Below are positions 1 through 7,303 of a DNA stretch of 30,285 bases, piece by piece. Location of the stretch: NCBI GenBank assembly GCA_964619985.1, contig CAZUII010000002.1, forward strand, positions 1 to 30,285. Reading direction: 5' to 3'. The position numbers were made by a program, and so were the translations under genes. Every line of letters begins with the position of its first letter. The first letter of the stretch is position 1. The stretch is from an uncultured Candidatus Saccharibacteria bacterium. GTDB lineage: Bacteria > Patescibacteriota > Minisyncoccia > Phycocordibacterales > PALSA-1337. The notes under the pieces were generated by a model, which saw only the letters and a list, made by a program, of their open reading frames with translations, did not search any database and was not told the origin of the DNA.

Positions 1-11
1 AGGATCTGTAA

Positions 12-43
12 AAAGAAAAACTCCAGTGATGGAGTTTTTCTTT
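12..43. terminator. Bidirectional intrinsic terminator-like inverted repeat
   Basis: Perfect 13-bp IR AAAGAAAAACTCC (12-24) / GGAGTTTTTCTTT (31-43) with a 6-nt loop; the A and T tracts are part of the arms. Confidence 0.75.
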
Positions 44-51
44 GTAGTTGG

Positions 52-80
52 TTGACATGTAGTAATTTGTATGCTAGGAT
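52..80 (+). promoter_or_regulatory. sigma70 promoter for the 159..503 gene
   Basis: TTGACA (52-57), 17-nt spacer, TAGGAT (75-80), with TG at 72-73 (extended -10). Confidence 0.75.
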
Positions 81-158
81 TTACATAAAGAAAAGGCGCG
101 TCACTTCGCCATAACCAACAATGCAGAAGGTGACTTGTTTCCTTGAAAGAAGGTGCTT

Positions 159-503
159 ATGACGATTGAAGAACATCGAAAAGATATGCGCTACATGACT
201 ATTTTGGGCGTTCTTGGAATTACCCTCATGGGATCAGCATTGGTTTTGGGTGAGTTAGAAGCCAATGGCTGGACGTGGATTTGGCCGACCAGCGACACGT
301 TGCGCTTCGACGCTAAAATGATGTCGGTGGTGCTTATGGCGGCTGGTTGGGCCCTCGGTCTCATGACCTGTGTTCATGGCCTAGTCCATCAAGAGCCCAC
401 ATTCAATAGCTCCAAATGGGACTGGCGATGCCCTCATGCAAGAACCGTTACTATTTGGGGCACCGTTGGTATTATTGGGTTCATTGGCCTCTTGGTACTT
501 TGA
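159..503 (+). CDS. Hypothetical membrane protein (~114 aa, about 3 TM segments)
   Basis: ORF 153..503. ATG at 159 is preceded by GAAGGT. Three hydrophobic stretches; flanked by its own promoter and terminator. Confidence 0.75.
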   Translation: MTIEEHRKDMRYMTILGVLGITLMGSALVLGELEANGWTWIWPTSDTLRFDAKMMSVVLMAAGWALGLMTCVHGLVHQEPTFNSSKWDWRCPHARTVTIWGTVGIIGFIGLLVL

Positions 504-520
504 GAAGGTGATGTCGCGTG

Positions 521-548
521 GCCGCCGGGTATTCCTCGGCGGCTTTTT
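521..548 (+). terminator. Intrinsic terminator
   Basis: GCCGCCG / CGGCGGC stem followed by TTTTT, 17 nt after the stop at 503. Confidence 0.75.
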
Positions 549-556
549 CATACGCA

Positions 557-582
557 ACACTACCCGCCGAAGCGGGTAGTGT
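557..582 (-). other. Perfect 11-bp hairpin with a cUUCGg tetraloop on the minus strand
   Basis: Minus strand reads ACACTACCCGC-TTCG-GCGGGTAGTGT. No U-tract follows, so a 3'-end stabilising hairpin is more likely than a classic terminator. Confidence 0.6.
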
Positions 583-709
583 GCCATAGGGTAGGCCATT
601 GTTCATATGAGAGAAAGAGTCCGAAATATATAAGGTGGAATCGTAATCTAGCCCGGAGGCGATAGATATAATAGTGATTCCTAAAATTTGATTTAAGGAT
701 CTTCTCCAT
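560..709 (-). CDS. Possible 49-aa basic/aromatic small protein (MEKILKSNFRNHYYIYRLRARLRFHLIYFGLFLSYEQWPTLWHTTRFGG); below the ORF-track cutoff
   Basis: Hand translation from ATG at 709 to TAG at 560-562. Lies between a candidate promoter (728-755) and the UUCG hairpin. Confidence 0.3.
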   Translation of the reverse strand: MEKILKSNFRNHYYIYRLRARLRFHLIYFGLFLSYEQWPTLWHTTRFGG

Positions 710-727
710 GAACAAAAGCCTACTATA

Positions 728-755
728 AGTATGGACCCATCCGTCGCGAAGTCAA
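728..755 (-). promoter_or_regulatory. Candidate sigma70 promoter downstream of dnaE
   Basis: Minus strand TTGACT (755-750), 16-nt spacer, CATACT (733-728). Confidence 0.4.
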
Positions 756-799
756 TATGTGGCATGCCAAAAATCGGGGGTAAGCTGTAGATAAGGTGT

Positions 800-3700
800 T
801 TATAACCCCTTTACTCTCTCGATAATAAATCCCTTTTCGCCATTTCGCGTATTCACATTTGCTTTGACGGCGATACAGCGGTCAGGAACGATGAGTGAAT
901 GGAACTCCTTGTAGATACGAGGGAAGACAACCGCCTCGGCAGAACCAGAAAAATCCTGAATTGTCACAAAAGCCATAGTTTCATTTTTCTTGGTTTGAAT
1001 CTCGCGGACTTCGGTGATGATGCCGGCGAAGATGGTAGCCGCTCCTTCCTTGATTGTTTCAAATGCCTTCTTTATATCCATGCCATTCTTGGTGATAACT
1101 TCGCGATAGCGTTCGAGCGGATGACCAGAAATGTAGAGACCCAGAAGTTCCTTTTCCCAAGCCAGCTTGTCGCGCATTTCGGCTGGCGGAACTTGGATAA
1201 GTTTGAGGGTCGGTACGCTTGAGGTATCTGTCATGCCACCGAAGAGTGAATCTTGGTCAGCGTGTTGGTTACTATTTTCTTTGTTGTAGTCGAGGATAAG
1301 GTCGAGGTTGGCAAGCATGACACCGCGATCCTCGCCAAAACAGTCCATAGCTCCGGCTTTGATCAAGGATTCGAGAGACTTTTTATTGAGGTTCTTGTCT
1401 TTAACGCGGTCAAGGAAATTGGCGAGCGAAGTAAATTTCCCGCCACGCTTACGCTCCTCAATGATGGCTGTTGAAATGCCTTGGCCAAAGTTCTTGATAG
1501 TTACCAATCCGAAACGGATACGGTATGACGGACGTATGGAAGGAGGTTCGCTGTCGAAAGGGGGATCTTGAGGATGTGTCCTCTGAACGACTTTCGGACT
1601 GAGCGAAGGCGAAGGAGAACGAGGTGCGGACTCAGCAGAGTCCGACACCGTTCGTGAAGGGGACACATCCGATGGGTCCCCCTTGATGACAGTGAACTGA
1701 CTGAAACTTTCATTCACATCTGGTGGCAAGACGGGAATGCCTATACGTTTGCACTCCGCAATGGTCTCCGCGACCTTTTCTATCTCACCTTGTTCGGATG
1801 TAAGAACCGCTGACAGATAAATTTCAGGGAAGTGAGCTTTGAGATACGCGGTTATATAGGCGACGCGGCCATATGATACCGAGTGGGCTTTATTGAAACC
1901 GTACGCGGCGAATGGTTCAATCCATTTCCAAACTTCCTTAGCTTTTTTCTCTGACCATTTGCTGTGCGAAATACAGCCCTTGATGAACTTTTCTTTTTGC
2001 AGGGCCATTTCTTCAGGAATCTTTTTACCGACTGCCTTACGGAATTTATCGACTTCACCCCAGCTATAACCAGCGATAAGGTGCGCCATCATGAGCAAGT
2101 CATCTTGGTAGACCAGAATACCGTAGGTTTTATCAAGAATTTTCTCGAGCATGGGATCGAGATATTTGATGAGCGAGCGATCATGTTTGCGGGCAATATA
2201 TTCAGGGATGAAGCCAATCGGGCCCGGACGATAGAGCGCCACCATAGCGTTGATATCGTGAATAGTTGTCGGCTTGAGATCCTTGAGGAAGCGGGTCATA
2301 CCGTCGCCGTTCAATTGGAAAAGGTCGGCTGTTTCTCCACGAGCCAGCATTTCAAATGTCTTCTTGTCATCCATAGGGATGGCATCATAATCAACATCAA
2401 CACCGTCAATCTTCTTGATGCGCGCAATCGCATCAGCGATGATGGTCAAGTTTTTAAGCCCGAGGAAGTCGAACTTGAGGAGTCCCGCACCATTTTCATC
2501 GATAGAGTACATGTCGTACTGGGTAATGATTTTTCCTTCACCCTTGGGGTCGAACTGGAGCGCTGTATAGTTGGTCAATGGTTCAGGAGAGACAACCACG
2601 CCGGCAGCGTGAACGCCGATGTGGCGAGCACACCCTTCAATTTTGCTTGCCATATCAATAATGCGCTTGGTGTCCGGCTCGGTGTCGTAGGCAGTTTTGA
2701 GTTCGGGAACATCTGCGAGAGCTCGCTCAATAGTCATAGGGAAGCCCTGTGAGCCCATAGGAATGAGCTTGGAAATGCGGTCGCCGACATCATAGGGAAA
2801 GCCCATGGCACGAGCCACGTCGCGCACCGATCCACGGGCGGCCATGGTTCCGAAGGTACCGATCTGCGCCACCTTGTCACTGCCGTACTTATTGCGGACG
2901 TATTCAATCACTTCATCACGGCGATCGTCGGCATAGTCCATATCGATATCGGGAGCAGAGGGACGGTCAGGGTTCAAGAAGCGTTCAAAAGGAATCTCGT
3001 ATTCGATGGGGTTAATGTTAGTGATGCCGGCTAGATAGGTGACCATGGAACCAGAGACGGATCCGCGGATGTTAGAGAGGATTTTGTGTTCGCGCGCGAA
3101 ACGAAGCATGTCTGCCACCACCAGAAAGTAGGGTTCGTATCCCTTATCTTTAATGACCTTGAGCTCATATTCGGTACGCTTTATTGCTGCTTCTGTTTTT
3201 TCAACATTGCGGCGAGCAAATCCTTCATACACGAGGTGACGCAGTTCGTCCGTATAGGAGCGCCCACTTTCGACGATATATTTTGGAAATGCCCAGACGC
3301 CAAGTTTAATGTTGAGATTACACATGTCGATGATCTTTTCGGTATTGGCGATGGCATCTGGCATGTCATGAAAGAGTTCGTCGGCGCGTTCCGCAGAAAT
3401 AAATGAAAAGTCATCTTCATCACTGTCAGAAATTTTATCCGAGGCGTCGCTGTGAGAGTTAACTCGTACCAAGGTCTCGCGTGCAAAACGATCTTCTGGT
3501 TTCAAATAGTAGACATCATGTGCGGCCATAACAGGAATGCCTTGGCTTTTGGCAAAGGCGTAGAGTGTTTTCATATTACTCTCGTGACCATCTATTTCTG
3601 GGTGGCGGCTGATTTCAATAAAGAGACGGTTTTCTTTGGCCGTCTTGCCGCCAAAGACTTTTTTGTAGAATTCCGCTACTTCCTTGGCCTTATCCTGATT

Positions 3701-4150
3701 GCGGCTCTTCAGCGATTGGGCAATTTCTCCAGAAAAAGAAGGTGAAATACAGACCAGTCCCTCGTTATATTTTTCCAGAAGTTCACGGTCAATACGCGGT
3801 TTGTAGTAGAAGCCTTCAAGATGAGAAATGGTCACGAGCTGAATGAGGTTGTGGTAGCCGACATCATTCATGGCAAGAAGAACAAGACGGGTACGGCGAT
3901 TGTCGATACCGGCTTGCATGTCCTTTCGTGAGCGGGCGGCGACATAGAAGTCGACCCCGAGAATGGGTTTTATCTCTTTCTTCTGACAGGCCTTGATGAA
4001 TTCGATGGCACCATAGAGATTGCCGTTATCAGTGAGTCCGAGCGCAGTCATGCCAAGCTTTTTTGCTTCACCAACGAGATCATCAATCTTGGGGAGAGCG
4101 GAGAGGAGGGAATAGTGGGAGTGAGTGTGGAGGTGGGTAAAGCGGGACAT
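800..4150 (-). CDS. dnaE: DNA polymerase III alpha subunit
   Basis: PHP start HLHTHSHYSLL, FERFLNPDRPSAPDIDMD, LLKFDFLGL, YGFNKAHS, C-terminal OB fold; carries a ~50-aa Ser/Pro insertion. Confidence 0.98.
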   Translation of the reverse strand: MSRFTHLHTHSHYSLLSALPKIDDLVGEAKKLGMTALGLTDNGNLYGAIEFIKACQKKEIKPILGVDFYVAARSRKDMQAGIDNRRTRLVLLAMNDVGYHNLIQLVTISHLEGFYYKPRIDRELLEKYNEGLVCISPSFSGEIAQSLKSRNQDKAKEVAEFYKKVFGGKTAKENRLFIEISRHPEIDGHESNMKTLYAFAKSQGIPVMAAHDVYYLKPEDRFARETLVRVNSHSDASDKISDSDEDDFSFISAERADELFHDMPDAIANTEKIIDMCNLNIKLGVWAFPKYIVESGRSYTDELRHLVYEGFARRNVEKTEAAIKRTEYELKVIKDKGYEPYFLVVADMLRFAREHKILSNIRGSVSGSMVTYLAGITNINPIEYEIPFERFLNPDRPSAPDIDMDYADDRRDEVIEYVRNKYGSDKVAQIGTFGTMAARGSVRDVARAMGFPYDVGDRISKLIPMGSQGFPMTIERALADVPELKTAYDTEPDTKRIIDMASKIEGCARHIGVHAAGVVVSPEPLTNYTALQFDPKGEGKIITQYDMYSIDENGAGLLKFDFLGLKNLTIIADAIARIKKIDGVDVDYDAIPMDDKKTFEMLARGETADLFQLNGDGMTRFLKDLKPTTIHDINAMVALYRPGPIGFIPEYIARKHDRSLIKYLDPMLEKILDKTYGILVYQDDLLMMAHLIAGYSWGEVDKFRKAVGKKIPEEMALQKEKFIKGCISHSKWSEKKAKEVWKWIEPFAAYGFNKAHSVSYGRVAYITAYLKAHFPEIYLSAVLTSEQGEIEKVAETIAECKRIGIPVLPPDVNESFSQFTVIKGDPSDVSPSRTVSDSAESAPRSPSPSLSPKVVQRTHPQDPPFDSEPPSIRPSYRIRFGLVTIKNFGQGISTAIIEERKRGGKFTSLANFLDRVKDKNLNKKSLESLIKAGAMDCFGEDRGVMLANLDLILDYNKENSNQHADQDSLFGGMTDTSSVPTLKLIQVPPAEMRDKLAWEKELLGLYISGHPLERYREVITKNGMDIKKAFETIKEGAATIFAGIITEVREIQTKKNETMAFVTIQDFSGSAEAVVFPRIYKEFHSLIVPDRCIAVKANVNTRNGEKGFIIERVKGL
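1560..1682. repeat. Palindromic, REP-like structured element inserted in frame in dnaE
   Basis: Nested IRs: GGGGGATC (1560-67)/GGTCCCCC (1675-82), perfect GGATGTGTCC (1572-81)/GGACACATCC (1661-70), CGGACTC (1627-33)/GAGTCCG (1638-44). Confidence 0.65.
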
Positions 4151-4153
4151 AGG

Positions 4154-4188
4154 TGTAGTTTACAGTGCAAAGTCCAAAGTGAAAAGTT
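4154..4188 (-). repeat. Five tandem degenerate heptamers ending 3 nt before the dnaE ATG
   Basis: Minus strand AACTTTT CACTTTG GACTTTG CACTGTA AACTACA cct ATG. Confidence 0.7.
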
Positions 4189-4290
4189 TGACGAAACACC
4201 ACGAATGAGTGTGAATATTTTCTACATTAGAACACCAAATGACCAGCGCGTCCCTATTGATTTTAGTTGTTATTTTGGGAAAATTGAGAG

Positions 4291-4893
4291 ATGGAAATAC
4301 AGTCACCGTTTCAGTCAGTGTTGAGTTCATATGTTACCGGTCGTGCCGGTGTCTTCATTGATGAGTCGAATCTATTTCATTCCCAGAAAACACTCAAGTG
4401 GCGTATTGATTATAGCAAGATGTATTGGATGTTGCGTGATTTGGACCTGGGCACCAGAAACATATTTGTCTATACGAGTTTTCTAAAAGAAAGCCAAAAA
4501 CAACTTGATTTTATTGATAAACTTGTTGAATACGGCTATTTTGTGCATAGCAAAGTAGTCAAAGAAATAAAATCACAGTCAGGTTCAATTGTACGAAAAG
4601 GAAATCTCGATATTGAATTAGCACTTGACGCTTATCAATTTTCGCATATGTACGATACTATAGTACTTTTTTCCGGTGATTCCGATTTTGCTTATCTGTT
4701 GGATTTGTTAAAAGATATGGGTAAAAAAATAATTGTCGTATCCAACAAGAGACATGTGTCCAGGGAATTATTGAGAAGAGGTTATTTCGTTGATCTAAAT
4801 TCCTTAAGGTTTTACATAGAAAAACACAGAACCACCCCCGAAAGAGTGGTTCTGGACGGTACTACATCGAGTAGTCTAGCAAAAATCACCTGA
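4291..4893 (+). CDS. NYN domain (LabA/DUF88, PIN-like) putative ribonuclease
   Basis: Acidic motifs VFIDESNL, KGNLDIELALD and LFSGDSDFAYLL; AT-rich (about 32-37% GC in sampled lines). Confidence 0.9.
   Translation: MEIQSPFQSVLSSYVTGRAGVFIDESNLFHSQKTLKWRIDYSKMYWMLRDLDLGTRNIFVYTSFLKESQKQLDFIDKLVEYGYFVHSKVVKEIKSQSGSIVRKGNLDIELALDAYQFSHMYDTIVLFSGDSDFAYLLDLLKDMGKKIIVVSNKRHVSRELLRRGYFVDLNSLRFYIEKHRTTPERVVLDGTTSSSLAKIT
4820..4866 (-). ncRNA. Candidate ~50-nt cis-antisense RNA over the 3' end of the NYN gene
   Basis: Lies downstream of the promoter at 4873-4900. Ends in hairpin CAGAACCAC/GTGGTTCTG (4827-4854) followed by UGUUUUU on the minus strand. Start site inferred. Confidence 0.5.
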
Positions 4894-4900
4894 ATGTCAA
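4873..4900 (-). promoter_or_regulatory. Antisense sigma70 promoter at the NYN/rnhB junction
   Basis: Minus strand TTGACA (4900-4895), 16-nt spacer, TAGACT (4878-4873), with TG extended -10. Confidence 0.6.
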
Positions 4901-5499
4901 GTAGTAAAAAAATAGAAAGTTTTACCATAGGCATCGACGAAGTCGGCCGTGGACCTATCGCCGGACCTGTCGCGGTTGGTGCATTTGTGTTTCTGGAACC
5001 AGAAGCGGGTAAATTATTCCGAGGCGTCAAAGAGTCGAAACAATTAAGTGAGATAAAAAGGGAAGCATGGTTCGCGCGCATTTTGGCAGCGCAAAGATCT
5101 GGCCAGGTACATTTTTCGGTCACGTTCCAAAGTGAAAAAATCATAGATAGCAAAGGATTGTCATATGCGATTAAGACCGCACTGCTTACTTCTCTGTATG
5201 CTTTGAAAATTAAGCCAGCATCTGCGCGAGTATTACTCGACGGAGGACTCAAGGCTCCAGCCAATTATATCAATCAAAAAACTATCATTAAAGGTGATGA
5301 AAAAGAGATGGTCATCGCTCTGGCTTCTATTTGTGCTAAGGTGTTGCGTGATAGGAAAATGAATCTATTGCACAAAAAACATCCTGCTTATGGATTTATG
5401 TCACACAAGGGATATGGAACAAAGAGGCATTATGAGGCAATTAAGAAATATGGGATGTTGCCTAGTCATCGAAGAAGTTTTCTGAAGAACTTTTTTTAG
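4894..5499 (+). CDS. rnhB: Ribonuclease HII
   Basis: IGIDEVGRGPIAGP, LLDGG, KGDEK...IALASICAKVLRD, HKGYGT, HRRSF. Confidence 0.97.
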   Translation: MSSSKKIESFTIGIDEVGRGPIAGPVAVGAFVFLEPEAGKLFRGVKESKQLSEIKREAWFARILAAQRSGQVHFSVTFQSEKIIDSKGLSYAIKTALLTSLYALKIKPASARVLLDGGLKAPANYINQKTIIKGDEKEMVIALASICAKVLRDRKMNLLHKKHPAYGFMSHKGYGTKRHYEAIKKYGMLPSHRRSFLKNFF

Positions 5500-5503
5500 A
5501 TGT

Positions 5504-5535
5504 AAAAAACAGTCCCGCGAAATCTTGCGGGACTG
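5504..5535 (-). terminator. Intrinsic terminator for the pilin gene
   Basis: CAGTCCCGC/GCGGGACTG stem followed by TTTTTT on the minus strand. Confidence 0.75.
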
Positions 5536-5575
5536 GTTGCGGATTTCCACCACTGGAGTCTGCTGGGGTGGATTC

Positions 5576-5920
5576 CTACTTTCTTGTTGGCCCCAGAGTA
5601 TGGCCGGCTATGCTGCACGTTGGAGGTTGACCGCGGGCGCCAATCGAATATGTTCCGCCAGCGGGACAGATCACGCCAAGTTTTTTGATGAGCGTGGCAG
5701 CTGCCTCACCTTCCAATGCCGGCACGTTGGTAGCGGCGGCGTATGCGGTAACTTGGGCATCCCAAAGCGATGCCAGGTTTTTCTCGCACTGATTTCGCCA
5801 GCTTTGCTGCCGGGCCATCACGAAGTTGGGGATGGCGATGGCGGCCAAGAGGCCAATGATGGCGACGACGATCATAATCTCAACCACGGGGAAGCCGTTC
5901 TGACGCTGTGATGTTTTCAT
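5576..5920 (-). CDS. Type IV pilin / pseudopilin-like protein with a prepilin cleavage motif
   Basis: Short basic leader, G|FPVVEIMIVVAIIGLLAAIAIP (Glu at +5), C-terminal CPAGGTY...PTC; about 57-62% GC in sampled lines. Confidence 0.9.
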   Translation of the reverse strand: MKTSQRQNGFPVVEIMIVVAIIGLLAAIAIPNFVMARQQSWRNQCEKNLASLWDAQVTAYAAATNVPALEGEAAATLIKKLGVICPAGGTYSIGARGQPPTCSIAGHTLGPTRK

Positions 5921-6023
5921 GGGGATCTGGGATGTGCTTGAGGGGATTTCCTCAAGGCATAGAGGTGCCTAGTACCGAGTTGGCACTAATACATCTTCAT
6001 GCCTTTTGCACGCATTCAGAAGA

Positions 6024-6052
6024 ACCTTAGTATACAAAGACGAATTAGTCAA
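6024..6052 (-). promoter_or_regulatory. Candidate sigma70 promoter for the pilin gene
   Basis: Minus strand TTGACT (6052-6047), 17-nt spacer, TAAGGT (6029-6024). Confidence 0.5.
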
Positions 6053-6074
6053 GATTGCGCTCTTTTTCATACCC

Positions 6075-6737
6075 TTACACATGTACCGTCTCCAGTCGAT
6101 GCTTCTTTTTGTGGAATTTCAAGTCTACCGCTACTTTGACAATGATGAAAACAATCGAGAATAGTATAGTACTTCTTGTCAGCATCAAAATAAACATACC
6201 GACAATAAGTATTGAATGAGTTGTGAATATTCGGAGCATGAGAGTTTTCAAGATGCGATGTGTCGTTCGTGAACCAATAACATCGTCCACCATCATTGCT
6301 TTTTCAATCCGTGCCGCTTCTCCGTCCATGATGAAATAATGATAAAACGAATACCCATGGCTTATGAATAACGTTATCAACATGACCAAGATTTCCTGTG
6401 TCGAGTTGTAGAATAGAGTAAGCCCAGTCCACCCATCTCCACCAGGCACTATTGAATAAATGGCCATAATAAAGAAGAGATGTGCCGCCATGAATCCCGC
6501 GCAACTACTAAAGACCGCGAATGTTTGCATGATCAGCATGACCATTCGCTGTTTTGATGTGCTTATTTTAGCTAGGTACAGTATCTTAATGAGCGTGAAT
6601 ATGCCGATGACGGCAGTTTCAGTCCAATAGCCGATCAATATGGAAAATAGACTCCAATCAAAATAGAGTACGCCAATAATAGGCACGCAGTTAGCAACTA
6701 TAAGAAACAGGTTGGAAGAATCAAAATGTCTGAACAT
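6075..6737 (-). CDS. Multi-TM membrane protein, resembles the DUF6498 family
   Basis: LIVANCVPIIGVLYFDWSLFSILIGYWTE pattern recognised from memory. The ORF-track start at 6764 lies inside tRNA-Leu; the first ATG is at 6737. Confidence 0.75.
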   Translation of the reverse strand: MFRHFDSSNLFLIVANCVPIIGVLYFDWSLFSILIGYWTETAVIGIFTLIKILYLAKISTSKQRMVMLIMQTFAVFSSCAGFMAAHLFFIMAIYSIVPGGDGWTGLTLFYNSTQEILVMLITLFISHGYSFYHYFIMDGEAARIEKAMMVDDVIGSRTTHRILKTLMLRIFTTHSILIVGMFILMLTRSTILFSIVFIIVKVAVDLKFHKKKHRLETVHV

Positions 6738-6823
6738 GGTGCCCGGGGTGGGGATCGAACCCACACAGCCTTTCGGCTACAAAATTTTAAGTCTTGCGTG
6801 TATACCAGTTTCACCACCCGGGC
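6737..6823 (-). tRNA. trnL: tRNA-Leu (TAA)
   Basis: GCCCGGG acceptor stem, TGGTA D-loop, CAAGA-CTTAAAA-TTTTG anticodon arm, long variable arm, GTTCGAT T-loop, encoded CCA. Confidence 0.96.
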
Positions 6824-6838
6824 AAGGATATTTAGTTG

Positions 6839-6913
6839 TGGAGGCCACGGCGAGAATCGAACTCGCGCATAGCTCTTTTGCAGAGAGCCGAATTACCACT
6901 TTTCTACGTGGCC
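6839..6913 (-). tRNA. trnC: tRNA-Cys (GCA)
   Basis: GGCCACG acceptor stem, GCTCT-CTGCAAA-AGAGC anticodon arm, GTTCGATT T-loop, U discriminator plus CCA. Confidence 0.96.
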
Positions 6914-6963
6914 GCGCATGCCCATCGAAGGGCGCGGCGTGCGATGTGTCGCACGCTTCAATC

Positions 6964-7290
6964 CTACAGTTTTTTTGAGAGTTCGTCTATCTTTTGGCGA
7001 TTTTTCTCGCCGACGTCAAGAGCGACCTCGAAGAAGGGGATGCGACCGATGCGAGACTTATCCATAACGTATTGGCGGAATTCCGTGAGCTGGCGATGAG
7101 CGAAATCGAGGGCAGATTGCTCGGCGCTTTCGGGGAGCACGGTCATAAGAATGCGTGCCTTTCCGCCGCGATTGAACACTTCTACATCGGTGATAGTAAT
7201 GAGTGAGAGACGGTTCGCCTCACGCGAAAAATATTCGGCGGCCAACTCGCGAATTATTTCTTTCAACTTGTCATCTTTTTGGGCGGTCAT
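6964..7290 (-). CDS. rbfA: Ribosome-binding factor A
   Basis: Directly follows infB; LITITDVEV...ARILMTV, RIGRIPFFEVALD. ATG at 7290 chosen because the 7353 start overlaps infB. Confidence 0.88.
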   Translation of the reverse strand: MTAQKDDKLKEIIRELAAEYFSREANRLSLITITDVEVFNRGGKARILMTVLPESAEQSALDFAHRQLTEFRQYVMDKSRIGRIPFFEVALDVGEKNRQKIDELSKKL

Positions 7291-7303
7291 GATAGTGTGG
7301 CGG

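Noticed and set aside
381-765. ORF-track entries 381..599 and 481..765 (minus)
   Set aside because: They overlap the 159..503 gene and its terminator, lack ATG or a good start context and look like shadow frames.
1523-1682. Intein or group I/II intron in dnaE
   Set aside because: No Cys/Ser...His-Asn splice termini, no endonuclease or RT ORF, too short, and the frame stays open.
899-3745. Plus-strand ORFs opposite dnaE, including the 262-aa 1964..2752 (likewise shadows over infB, gyrA, rpsA and tuf)
   Set aside because: Antisense or alternate-frame shadows of well-conserved genes, with no recognisable motifs.
5500-6740. Integrated element (prophage or island) at tRNA-Leu
   Set aside because: No integrase and no duplicated tRNA 3' end found in the window; the two genes differ strongly in GC.
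6920-6956. Two GC-rich hairpins (GCCC/GGGC; perfect GCGTGCGA/TCGCACGC) upstream of tRNA-Cys
   Set aside because: Most simply tRNA leader or rbfA 3' structures; no U-tract and no recognisable RNA family.
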